From an uncultured Ruminococcus sp. (lineage in GTDB: Bacteria > Bacillota > Clostridia > Oscillospirales > CAG-272), in NCBI GenBank assembly GCA_902762505.1, contig CACWOQ010000002.1:2667-66666 (forward strand): a stretch of 64,000 nt of DNA, read 5' to 3'. The number at the start of each line of letters is the position of its first letter. Position 1 is the stretch's first letter. Under the pieces are notes generated by a model, which worked only from the letters and a program-made list of their open reading frames with translations, did not search any database and had not been told where the DNA came from. Position numbers and translations under genes: made by a program. Positions 55,363-64,000 of this stretch are shown here, piece by piece.

Positions 55363-56139
55363 ATGGAGATATTCAGCGTATCACACCCGGTCTTATCCGG
55401 TCTGATCGCAACTGTTTTTACATATGCCGTGACGGCGCTTGGCGCGTCGTTCGTGTTCTTTTTCAGAAGTATAAACAGAAGAGCGCTCGATCTTATGCTC
55501 GGTTTTGCTGCCGGCGTTATGACGGCGGCTTCATACTGGTCGCTTCTTGCGCCGTCGATCGAGCTTTTATCCGGCTCGGGATACAAGGAGTGGCTTCTGC
55601 CGTCGGCTGGGTTTCTTTCCGGCGGTTTATTCGTGATTTTATCAGACGCTTTTATGGATAAAGCGCACGCGTGCAGAGACTCTGCGTCAAAGAGATCCTT
55701 CATGCTCGCGTCTGCCGTAACGGCGCATAACATACCGGAGGGCCTCGCCGTCGGCGTGGCTTTCGGCTCACTTTCCGCGGGTCAGACGTCGTTTGCCGGC
55801 GCTGCGATGCTTGCGCTCGGGATAGGACTTCAGAATTTTCCCGAGGGGATGTGTGTTTCCGTTCCTTTATATCTTTCAGGGAAAAGCCGCGCAAAAAGCT
55901 TTTTTGCTGGTCAGGCTTCAGGAATCGTTGAGCCTGTCGCCGGTGTTCTCGGAGCGCTGTTCGCCGTAACGGCGAAATCGTTTTTGCCGGCGGCATTGTC
56001 GTTTTCGGGCGGAGCGATGATCGCCGTCGTTTGCTCGGAGCTGATACCGGAGGCGTTTCTCGGAAGCAAACGCACGGCGCTTGCCGGCGTTATCTGCGGA
56101 TTCGTACTGATGATGGCGCTTGACGTTGCGCTCGGATGA
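55363..56139 (+). CDS. ZIP-family (ZupT-like) divalent metal transporter
   Basis: The 258-aa polytopic product has HNIPEGLAVG and LQNFPEGM motifs typical of ZIP/ZupT. Confidence 0.85.
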   Translation: MEIFSVSHPVLSGLIATVFTYAVTALGASFVFFFRSINRRALDLMLGFAAGVMTAASYWSLLAPSIELLSGSGYKEWLLPSAGFLSGGLFVILSDAFMDKAHACRDSASKRSFMLASAVTAHNIPEGLAVGVAFGSLSAGQTSFAGAAMLALGIGLQNFPEGMCVSVPLYLSGKSRAKSFFAGQASGIVEPVAGVLGALFAVTAKSFLPAALSFSGGAMIAVVCSELIPEAFLGSKRTALAGVICGFVLMMALDVALG

Positions 56140-56170
56140 AAAAAGCCGCATCAACTGATGCGGCTTTTTT
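56139..56170. terminator. Bidirectional intrinsic terminator (ZIP gene / gap)
   Basis: An A-run, then GCCGCATCA-AC-TGATGCGGC, then a T-run. Confidence 0.85.
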
Positions 56171-56179
56171 ATCGCTTTA

Positions 56180-57250
56180 TTATTTGAGTTCTGCGAAATA
56201 TTTGATCGTTCTGACCATCTGAGAGGTGTAGGAGTTTTCGTTGTCATACCACGAAACGACCTGTACCTGATAGGTGTCGTCGTCGATCTTCTGGACCATG
56301 GTCTGGTTCGCGTCGAACAGAGAACCGTAGGTCATACCGATAACGTCGGAGGAAACGAGCTTTTCGGTGGTGTAGCCGAAGGATTCGGAGGACTGAGCCT
56401 TCATAGCTTCGTTGATGGCTTCCTTTGTAACATCTTTGCCTTTAACGACGGCGACGAGAATGGTGGTGGAACCGGTAACTACCGGAACTCTCTGAGCGGA
56501 ACCGATGAGCTTGCCGTTGAGTTCGGGAATTACGAGACCGATCGCTTTTGCGGCGCCGGTGGAGTTCGGAACGATGTTGGCAGCGCCTGCGCGTGCTCTC
56601 TGAAGGTCGCCTTTTCTGTGCGGACCGTCAAGGATCATCTGGTCGCCGGTATAAGCGTGAACGGTCGTCATGATGCCGGAAACGATCGGGAACGAGTCGT
56701 TCAGAGCCTTAGCCATGGGAGCGAGGCAGTTGGTGGTGCAGGAAGCGGCGGATATGATCTTGTCCTCAGGAGTGAGAATGTTGTTGTTTACGTTGTAAAC
56801 GATGGTCGGAAGGTCGTTGCCCGCGGGAGCGGAGATGACGACTTTCTTGGCGCCTGCGTCGATATGAGCCTGAGCCTTGGCTTTGCTGGTATAGAAGCCG
56901 GTGCATTCAAGAACAACGTCTACTCTGAGCTTTTTCCAGGGGAGGTTGGCAGCCTTGGGTTCTGCGTAGATGGTGATCTCTTTGCCGTCTACGGTGATGG
57001 AACCGGGCTTTACAACGGTCTTGCCGTCTTCTGCGTATTCGGGCTCTTTGGAGCTGACGGTGTGCTTGTTCTCACCGATGACGCCGCAGTAACCTTTCTG
57101 AGCGGTATCGTATTTAAGGAGCTGAGCGAGCATTGCAGGGCTGGTGAGGTCGTTGATGGCGACTACGGTGTAGCCCTTGGCGCCGAACATCTGACGGAAC
57201 GCAAGGCGTCCGATTCTGCCGAAACCGTTGATTGCAACTCTTACTGACAT
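56180..57250 (-). CDS. gap: Type I glyceraldehyde-3-phosphate dehydrogenase
   Basis: INGFGRIGR (NAD-binding), the active site SCTTNCLAP and WYDNE near the C-terminus. A GGAGG RBS is present. Confidence 0.95.
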   Translation of the reverse strand: MSVRVAINGFGRIGRLAFRQMFGAKGYTVVAINDLTSPAMLAQLLKYDTAQKGYCGVIGENKHTVSSKEPEYAEDGKTVVKPGSITVDGKEITIYAEPKAANLPWKKLRVDVVLECTGFYTSKAKAQAHIDAGAKKVVISAPAGNDLPTIVYNVNNNILTPEDKIISAASCTTNCLAPMAKALNDSFPIVSGIMTTVHAYTGDQMILDGPHRKGDLQRARAGAANIVPNSTGAAKAIGLVIPELNGKLIGSAQRVPVVTGSTTILVAVVKGKDVTKEAINEAMKAQSSESFGYTTEKLVSSDVIGMTYGSLFDANQTMVQKIDDDTYQVQVVSWYDNENSYTSQMVRTIKYFAELK

Positions 57251-57393
57251 ATTGAAAAATCCTCCAAAATATATATTTTATGTTTTTCAAGTCATTATAT
57301 ATCAGCCGGCGGATTTTTTCAATATCATTTTTGTTAAGTAAAAAAGAACTATTCCGTATTTTTAGTAAAAACAAGAGTACAACTCTGCCGGAC

Positions 57394-57422
57394 TTGACAA
57401 AACAGCGCCGGTATGCTATAAT
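57394..57422 (+). promoter_or_regulatory. Consensus sigma-A promoter with extended -10
   Basis: TTGACA (57394-57399), a 17-nt spacer, then TGC-TATAAT (57414-57422). Confidence 0.7.
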
Positions 57423-57450
57423 AGGAAAACCAAAAAAGGAGATGAACGAT

Positions 57451-57960
57451 ATGAAATATACTTCCGCCGAAGCGGCAAAACTGTTAAGAAAACTGACGGA
57501 GGAGAAAAGCGCCATACTTGAACTCGAGAGTCAGAGCAAGGAATTCGTCGCCTCCCTGGGCGAAGACGTTGAGAGCATAAAGCCCGAATACGATTACAAA
57601 CAGACTCAGATAAAACTGGATGCAGTGGAAAAGAAGATAAGAACGGTCAAACACGCGATCAATCTTTTCAACGCAACGCACACCGTCCCCGGCTTCAATA
57701 TGACTGTGGATGAGATGCTTGTTTACATCCCGATGCTTACCGAACGCAGGAACAAGCTCGCCGAGATGAAGAGCAAGCTTCCCAAGACGCGCGATCAGTC
57801 CGACTTCGGCAGGAACAGCAATATCATTGATTACAGATATGCAAACTATGAGATCGACGCGGCGGCGTCAGATTTTGAGCGTATATCGGACGAGCTTTCA
57901 CGCGCACAGCTTGCGCTTGACAAACTGAACGGTTCGGAAACGTTTGAAATTGAGATTTAA
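57451..57960 (+). CDS. Hypothetical coiled-coil protein (169 aa)
   Basis: The spacing of the GGAG RBS favours the ATG at 57451 (MKYTSAEAAKLL...). The sequence is heptad-rich and I recognise no family. Confidence 0.5.
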   Translation: MKYTSAEAAKLLRKLTEEKSAILELESQSKEFVASLGEDVESIKPEYDYKQTQIKLDAVEKKIRTVKHAINLFNATHTVPGFNMTVDEMLVYIPMLTERRNKLAEMKSKLPKTRDQSDFGRNSNIIDYRYANYEIDAAASDFERISDELSRAQLALDKLNGSETFEIEI

Positions 57961-57973
57961 TTATTTCCCGGTG

Positions 57974-58124
57974 CGGACAGGATCCTTTTTCTCATTTTGA
58001 GAGCTTTGAAAAAATTCCGTTCGGGTACAACGTTACGGTATTCCGTTATTCCTTTTTTGTTATTGCATAACGACACGGTACACAGTTTGCGTTAATAAGG
58101 AATATGTATTTCGGATCCTGTCCG
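57974..58124. repeat. Perfect 12-bp inverted repeat bracketing 127 bp
   Basis: CGGACAGGATCC (57974-57985) and GGATCCTGTCCG (58113-58124). The interior is AT-rich with CCGTT/ACGG submotifs. Confidence 0.7.
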
Positions 58125-58187
58125 TACGAAAGCTCCGCGGGGTCTGGGGCACGGTTTTGATCCCGTACTTTGATATAACAGCTGAAA

Positions 58188-58226
58188 CAGGCTGACAAAC
58201 GTTTTTGTTTGTCAGCCTGCTTTGCG
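58188..58226. terminator. Terminator hairpin downstream of the aconitase-family gene
   Basis: CAGGCTGACAAAC-GTTTTT-GTTTGTCAGCCTG is a perfect 13-bp stem. Confidence 0.7.
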
Positions 58227-58240
58227 GTATAAGGATCATA

Positions 58241-60469
58241 TCATCTGCTGCCGCAGCTGTTGATAAGGCATCCGGACAATATGATCTTTCTTTCCTCCGC
58301 CGTAAGCGGCGGAAGCTTGAGTGCAAGCTTTTCCGTTGTTTTATCTCTTCTTATGATCATGCCCGTGATATCGGATACGCCGTTCTCGACGGCTTTTTTT
58401 ATATTCCCGATATAGATCACGTCGCCCGTGTTTAAAGCAGGGAACGTTTCCGACGCGTACGTGAACGGAAGCATGCCCCAGTTTATAAGGTTGCTTCTGT
58501 ACCGCTTCGTAGCATAATCGACGCAGATGTTTGCTATCCCTCCGAGAACACGCTGACAGGACGCCGCCTGTTCGCGTGCGGAGCCGTCGCCCGGGCGCAG
58601 AGAAACTACGGCGGAGCCTATCTGAGTTCGCTCGGCGTCGGGCTTGAAGCCGAGCGCCCCGGTCACGAAACCGTATACGCCGGAGAAGACGTCGCCGCCG
58701 CCGGATCTTGATTCTTCTGCCGCTCTTATTTTTTTTGCGATACCGACGTATTCAGGGACTTTGCGCGACAACGTGAATTCGGCGAGCTTGTAAGGATTTG
58801 ACCTGTACGACGACGTTTCGCCCGACGGGATAAGCTCATCTGTCGTCGTGACCGGGTCGGATATCGTCGCCGCCACTTCTATAAGAACGTTGTCGTGAAG
58901 CGCGGGGATGACGGGCCAGTCAGCGATCCCGGGACCGTATTTCAGCTCCGCTTCGGGCTTCGCTTTGCCGTAGCCGTAATAAACGCGGTTCCTGTAAGGC
59001 GCGTCGTCATATTTATATTCATATTTATTATATCTGACGTCAAGCTCGGTCGCCGCGGTCAATCTGCCGCCGTTTACGGCTGTCGCCGCAATACTGCGCG
59101 CGTCCATAAGGGCGACGGCGGCAAACTGTCCGCTGCCGGGCTTGCTGCCCTCTCTGTTCGGAAAATTGCGCGTTGAATGACGTATTGAAAGAGAACCGTC
59201 TGACGGAACGTCTCCGGCGCCGAAGCAGGGACCGCAGAACGCCGTGCGAAGCGTCACGCCCGCCGACAGCAAATCAGTGGCGACACCGTTCCGCATAAGC
59301 TGTAAATACGCAGGCTGGCTTGCCGGATACGCCGATAACGAGAATTCGCCGCAGCCGGTGCTTTTGCCGCGGAGTATATCGGCGGCGGCGCAAAGATTGT
59401 CGAACGTGCCGCCCGTGCAGCCCGCTATGACGCCCTGATCGACGTGAAGCCGTCCGTCAGAGATCTTTTTGCTTATATGATAATCCTTTGCGCCGAGATT
59501 CTCTGACGCGTAGATTTCGACCTCGCGAAGTATATCAGCCGCGTTTTCGTTGAAATATCCGATCGTAAAAGCGTTGCTCGGATGGAACGGCAGCGCGATC
59601 ATCGGTTCAAGCGAAGACAGATCGATCTCGACCGCTCCGTCGTAATATGCGCCCGGCTGAGGCGCAAGCTTTTTGTATTCGTGACATCTGCCGTGCAGAG
59701 CGAGATATTCCTCGGTGAGACAGTCCGTCTCCCAGACGGACGAAAGACAAGCCGTTTCGGTCGTCATAACGTCGATGCCGTTTCTGTATTCCATCGGCAG
59801 GGAGCTTATGCCGTCGCCTATGAATTCGAGCACCGCGTTTTTTACAAATCCCGATTTGAACACGGAACCGATCAACGCTATTGCCGCGTCGTGCGGACCT
59901 ACGCCCGGCGCCGGCTTTCCTTTGAGAAGCACGGCGATTATACGCGGCATATCGATATCATACGTCATATTGACGAGCTGCTTGACAAGCTCCGGACCGC
60001 CTTCGCCGACCGCGAGAGTTCCGAGAGCGCCGTATCTTGTGTGAGAATCGGAGCCGATTATCATTTTTCCGCATCCGGCGTAGTTTTCGCGCATATAAGC
60101 GTGAATAACGGATTCGTGAGCGGGGACGAATTCACCCCCGTATTTTACGCAGGCGGAAAGACCGAATCTGTGGTCGTCTTCATTTATCGTGCCGCCTACG
60201 GCGCATAACGAATTATGGCAGTTTGTCAGAACGTACGGGATCGGGAATTCGCGCAGCGCGCCGGTCGCCCGCGCCGACTGTATGATGCCGACGTACGTTA
60301 TGTCGTGAGACGCCATGGCGTCGAATTTTATCCTGAGCTTGTCACCGCCGGATACGCTGTGAGCTTTCAGTATCCCGTAAGATATGGTTTTGCATTTTGC
60401 CGACGCGTCGTCCGAACGGACAAGTCTGCCGTTTTCATATTTAACGCCGTGTTCGTGTAATTCAATCAT
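58241..60469 (-). CDS. Aconitase-superfamily hydratase (aconitate hydratase-like)
   Basis: It has IGSDSHT, the Fe-S ligand context AFCGPCFGAG, RNFPNREG, and a swivel-domain end (GSAREQAASCQ). The ATG at 60469 overlaps the upstream stop by 8 nt. Confidence 0.8.
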   Translation of the reverse strand: MIELHEHGVKYENGRLVRSDDASAKCKTISYGILKAHSVSGGDKLRIKFDAMASHDITYVGIIQSARATGALREFPIPYVLTNCHNSLCAVGGTINEDDHRFGLSACVKYGGEFVPAHESVIHAYMRENYAGCGKMIIGSDSHTRYGALGTLAVGEGGPELVKQLVNMTYDIDMPRIIAVLLKGKPAPGVGPHDAAIALIGSVFKSGFVKNAVLEFIGDGISSLPMEYRNGIDVMTTETACLSSVWETDCLTEEYLALHGRCHEYKKLAPQPGAYYDGAVEIDLSSLEPMIALPFHPSNAFTIGYFNENAADILREVEIYASENLGAKDYHISKKISDGRLHVDQGVIAGCTGGTFDNLCAAADILRGKSTGCGEFSLSAYPASQPAYLQLMRNGVATDLLSAGVTLRTAFCGPCFGAGDVPSDGSLSIRHSTRNFPNREGSKPGSGQFAAVALMDARSIAATAVNGGRLTAATELDVRYNKYEYKYDDAPYRNRVYYGYGKAKPEAELKYGPGIADWPVIPALHDNVLIEVAATISDPVTTTDELIPSGETSSYRSNPYKLAEFTLSRKVPEYVGIAKKIRAAEESRSGGGDVFSGVYGFVTGALGFKPDAERTQIGSAVVSLRPGDGSAREQAASCQRVLGGIANICVDYATKRYRSNLINWGMLPFTYASETFPALNTGDVIYIGNIKKAVENGVSDITGMIIRRDKTTEKLALKLPPLTAEERKIILSGCLINSCGSR

Positions 60470-62279
60470 TTTTTTGACCTTTTTCCGTTTTGAGAATCGT
60501 ATGACCAAGCGGCGGCACGGTGACCGTGTCTGTGTCGTATCCCGTGAATATTTCCGCCGTACTGTCGTTTGCGTTGCAGATAAGAGTATGTGATCCGCGT
60601 GTTATTATAAGAATACCGTCCGCCGCGTATCTTACCCCGGGCTCGCCGCTGAATTCCTTACGCTGATGCAGAAGCGACGATATGCGCGACATAATGTTTT
60701 TGTCCTCGCGTCCCCACGGATAAGGCATCCTGTTGAATGGATCCCTGTATCCCTGCATTCCCGCCTCGTCGCCGTAGTATACGGAAACGATGCCGGGCAG
60801 AAAGCAGAGAACCGAAAACGCAAGGATAAGGCGTTTGCAGGCAAGCTCGTATGATGCGCCGTCCATCCTTTTGTTTACAAGCGCGGAGCCCGGGAGCCCT
60901 GAGCCGTCCTCACCGCCGAGAACAGTCATGATCCTTTCCGTGTCGTGCGAGCCGAGAAAATTCATAAGATACGGTCTGACGCTTCCCGGATAATGGTGTT
61001 TTATAACGGAGAGCACAGACGTGAGTGTGTCGGTCGAGCCGGTTTTTACGTATTCGATAACAGCCTGCCTCAACGGATAATCCATGACGGAATCGAGCTG
61101 AGCGTGACTGAAATAATGTCTTCTTTTACCGTAGGATATTTTATTTGACGCGTCCTCCCATACCTCGCCTATAATCAGCGAACCGGGCTTTTCATCATTG
61201 GCGGCTGCTCTGATCCCGTCGAGCATGTGCTCGGAAAGCTCGTCGGCAACGTCAAGTCTGTACCCGTCGGCTCCCATGCGCAAATACCTGCGGATAACGC
61301 CGTTTTGACCGCATATCAGATCGTGTACGGCGGGCTCGTCCTGATTGAGCCTCGGAAGCGATTTTACGCCCCACCAGCATTCATAATCATCCGGCCACGT
61401 TCTGAAATTGTACCAGCTGCGGTAAGGCGAGGCGGGATCGCTGTAAGCGCCGTTTCCGTATTTGCCGGGCTTGTCAAAATAAACGCTTTTGTCGCCCGTG
61501 TGATTGAATACGCCGTCGATTATTACCTTCATACCGAGGCCGTGCGCTCTTTGACATAAGTAAACGAACGCTTCGTCTCCGCCGATACAGCCGTCGACCT
61601 TCATATAGTCACCTACGTCATAACGGTGATTTGAAAACGCTTCAAACACGGGCGAAAGGTAAATGACGTTGAAGCCGAGAGATTTTATATGCTCAAGCTC
61701 TGCGGCTATTCCGTACAGATCGCCGCCGAAAAACGTGTTGTTGTCCATTTCCATTCCGGGATATTCCGTATATTCCGGAACGCCGTTGTCCCAGTCTTCG
61801 ACGTATTTTGCGTCTTCCCGGATAATGAATTTTCCGCTGCGCCTGTATCTGTCGATAAAGATCTGATACATCGCGGCGTTTTTGAAGTCAGGATCCGGTA
61901 TACCGTATTCTTCCGTGAAAAGGAGCTGGAACCTTCCGCAGACGCCGGCGTTTTCGCGCAGCTGACCGTGAAGCTCGTCACCGGTGCTGTGCACGAAATA
62001 AACTCCGTCCGCCGTATTTATACGGAAGGTGACGTAATATAACCCCGGATCGCCCGAAAACCGGGTGACGAATCTGTCGTAATCGCCTTCGATCCCGTCA
62101 AAATGCGATTCGTATTCGGCGTCGGCGCCGGTCTCGTCGCAGTATACCGACATGACGGCTTCGTATGCGCAGATTATGCGGGAGATCAGAAGGACACAGT
62201 TATCATTGTCACGAATGAACATAACGGGTCTGTCCGGCACGAGCGCCCCCGCTTCAACGTTCCCCTCAAGGGTGATCAT
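60462..62279 (-). CDS. GH13 alpha-glucosidase/neopullulanase-like enzyme
   Basis: The four conserved GH13 regions are present: VIIDGVFNHTG, GYRLDVADEL, IGEVWEDA and FLGSHDTERI. Confidence 0.85.
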   Translation of the reverse strand: MITLEGNVEAGALVPDRPVMFIRDNDNCVLLISRIICAYEAVMSVYCDETGADAEYESHFDGIEGDYDRFVTRFSGDPGLYYVTFRINTADGVYFVHSTGDELHGQLRENAGVCGRFQLLFTEEYGIPDPDFKNAAMYQIFIDRYRRSGKFIIREDAKYVEDWDNGVPEYTEYPGMEMDNNTFFGGDLYGIAAELEHIKSLGFNVIYLSPVFEAFSNHRYDVGDYMKVDGCIGGDEAFVYLCQRAHGLGMKVIIDGVFNHTGDKSVYFDKPGKYGNGAYSDPASPYRSWYNFRTWPDDYECWWGVKSLPRLNQDEPAVHDLICGQNGVIRRYLRMGADGYRLDVADELSEHMLDGIRAAANDEKPGSLIIGEVWEDASNKISYGKRRHYFSHAQLDSVMDYPLRQAVIEYVKTGSTDTLTSVLSVIKHHYPGSVRPYLMNFLGSHDTERIMTVLGGEDGSGLPGSALVNKRMDGASYELACKRLILAFSVLCFLPGIVSVYYGDEAGMQGYRDPFNRMPYPWGREDKNIMSRISSLLHQRKEFSGEPGVRYAADGILIITRGSHTLICNANDSTAEIFTGYDTDTVTVPPLGHTILKTEKGQKND

Positions 62280-64000
62280 AATACGGGCTTGATGTGCCAG
62301 ATGCCGTCGGCGTATTCACGAACGGAACGGTCCGACGAGAATATGCCGGACGCTGAGATGTTGTCAACGCTCATCTCAGCCCACAGCTTCGGGTCGCCGT
62401 GGTCGGCGTCCATCCTGCCGTGCGCCTCGCAATATGAGGAGAAGTCGGCAAAGCACATATAAGGATCGGGCACGCCGTTGGAATAAAGCAGATAATTTGA
62501 AAAATCTGAAAAGCTCTGTCCGCAAAAGCCGCGGTCAAGAGTTTTGATAACGCCGCGAAGCTTATCGGATCTCGAATAAAACTCTGAAGAAGAGTACCCG
62601 GACGCCCAAAGAGAGTCGACCTCACTGTCGCGCAGACCGAACAGATAGAACGATCTGCCGCCGAGCTGTTCATACATTTCAACGTTCGCGCCGTCGTAAG
62701 TACCGATCGTCACGGCTCCGTTCATCATCAGCTTCATGTTTCCCGTGCCGCTCGCCTCTTTTCCGGCAAGAGAGATCTGCTCCGAGATCTCCGCGGCGGG
62801 GATCAGCTTTTCCGCGAGGGAAACGCAGTAGTTTTCAAGAAAAACAACGGACAGCTTATCCTTCATCTCGGGGCGGGAGGCGATATCGCGCGAAAGGTAA
62901 GATATAAGCTTTATGATCTGTTTCGCGTGGTAATAGCCCGGCGCGGCTTTCGCCGAGAATATGAAAGTGCGCGGCGTCATTTTCTTTGAAGGATCTTCAA
63001 GGATCTCGTTATATATCGATATGATCCTCAATACGTTGAGCAGCTGGCGTTTATACTCGTGCATTCGCTTGATATGAACGTCGAACAGAGTATCCGGGTC
63101 GATTGTTACTCCCTTTTCCTGACGCGCGTATTCCGCAAGTCTGCGCTTGTTGGCCGTTTTTATGTCATTGATACGCTGCAGGACGGAGTTGTCTTCTCTG
63201 AACTTCGAAAAGTCGGACAGAAGCTCCGGCTTGTTCCTGTATTCCGGACCGATACAGTCGTCAAGCAGGGAGGCGAGCTCTTTGTTTGAATAAAGGAGCC
63301 ACCTTCTGTGATCGATCCCGTTTGTCACGTTTCTGAATTTTTCAGGAGTGTCTGCGTAAAAGTCGGAGAATACGGTGTTTTTGAGTATTTCCGTGTGGAG
63401 CGCCGAAACGCCGTTGACCGTATGGGAGCCGACAACGGAAAGATTAGCCATTCTGACGGTGTAATCGCCGACGATCGACATCCTGCCTATCCTGTCGCCC
63501 GGGTATCCTTTTGCGCGCAGTCCGTCGCAGAAGCGGCGGTTTATCTCGCAGATAATGGAATAAATGCGCGGCAGCTTGAGCTTGAAAAGATCCTCGCGCC
63601 AGGCTTCGAGCGCTTCGGGCATGACGGTGTGATTGGTGTAAGAGATCGTCCTCGTCGTGATATCCCACGCCTTTTCCCAGCTGTAATCGCATTCGTCAAG
63701 GAGCAGTCTCATAAGCTCCGCTACGCACATGGCGGGATGAGTGTCGTTTATATGTATCGCGGCGAATTCGGGAAGATCGTCCGCAGTTCCGTGCGCTTCG
63801 AGATGATCGTGGAGTATGTTCTGCAGCGCGGCGGAGACAAGGAAATACTGCTGTGTAAGTCTTAAAAGCTTGCCCGCGTCATGGTCGTCGGACGGGTACA
63901 GCACCTTTGATATAAGCTCGGCGTTTGTGCTTTCTTCGAGCGCTTTGAGATACTTGCCCTGAGAAAAAGCCTTCATGTCGAAGTTCTTGAAATCACGCGC
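62276..64000 (-). CDS. glgP: Glycogen/alpha-glucan phosphorylase, N-terminus outside window
   Basis: The frame stays open to base 64000 (ARDFKNFD precedes the listed Met). The PLP-lysine block EASGTGNMKLMMNGA and INDTHP are present. An ATGA overlap couples it to the GH13 gene. Confidence 0.9.
   Translation of the reverse strand, partial: ARDFKNFDMKAFSQGKYLKALEESTNAELISKVLYPSDDHDAGKLLRLTQQYFLVSAALQNILHDHLEAHGTADDLPEFAAIHINDTHPAMCVAELMRLLLDECDYSWEKAWDITTRTISYTNHTVMPEALEAWREDLFKLKLPRIYSIICEINRRFCDGLRAKGYPGDRIGRMSIVGDYTVRMANLSVVGSHTVNGVSALHTEILKNTVFSDFYADTPEKFRNVTNGIDHRRWLLYSNKELASLLDDCIGPEYRNKPELLSDFSKFREDNSVLQRINDIKTANKRRLAEYARQEKGVTIDPDTLFDVHIKRMHEYKRQLLNVLRIISIYNEILEDPSKKMTPRTFIFSAKAAPGYYHAKQIIKLISYLSRDIASRPEMKDKLSVVFLENYCVSLAEKLIPAAEISEQISLAGKEASGTGNMKLMMNGAVTIGTYDGANVEMYEQLGGRSFYLFGLRDSEVDSLWASGYSSSEFYSRSDKLRGVIKTLDRGFCGQSFSDFSNYLLYSNGVPDPYMCFADFSSYCEAHGRMDADHGDPKLWAEMSVDNISASGIFSSDRSVREYADGIWHIKPVL

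Overview
This is a 64-kb chromosomal segment from what looks like a spore-forming Firmicute of the class Clostridia. Supporting signs are an alpha/beta-type SASP, a SpoIID-like protein, CIRCE heat-shock operators, strong GGAGG-type ribosome-binding sites and near-consensus TTGACA-17-TATAAT promoters. I saw no transposase, integrase, CRISPR array or rRNA. About 50 protein genes and 3 tRNAs (Gly-UCC, Arg-UCU, His-GUG) can be supported. Recognisable housekeeping genes include argG-argH, clpB, gap, a type IIA topoisomerase pair, a P-type ATPase, an aconitase-family hydratase, a GH13 enzyme and glycogen phosphorylase. The most interesting locus is an eight-gene minus-strand operon at 21146-31756. 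It places a secreted staphylococcal-nuclease-type lipoprotein and two surface proteins, which together carry eight copies of a ~95-aa OB-fold-like module with a conserved Cys pair, downstream of a complete sugar-type (CUT1-like) ABC importer and an RDD membrane protein. It converges on a four-gene, translationally coupled operon of intracellular nucleotide phosphoesterases at 16931-20709: a deoxynucleotidase-guanylate kinase fusion, two tandem NrnA-like DHH proteins and SurE. Together these read as a candidate extracellular nucleic-acid harvesting and import system that I do not recognise as described. Other notable items are a yybP-ykoY (Mn2+) riboswitch-like leader with a terminator platform before the P-type ATPase, a stand-alone FtsZ paralog with no C-terminal tail, CIRCE operators on clpB and hsp20, an ARG-box-like palindrome in the argGH promoter, an ECF sigma locus with a repeat-module membrane protein, and several short motif-hairpin repeat arrays near the tRNAs. 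All family assignments come from motifs read by eye and recalled family knowledge. No database search was run.
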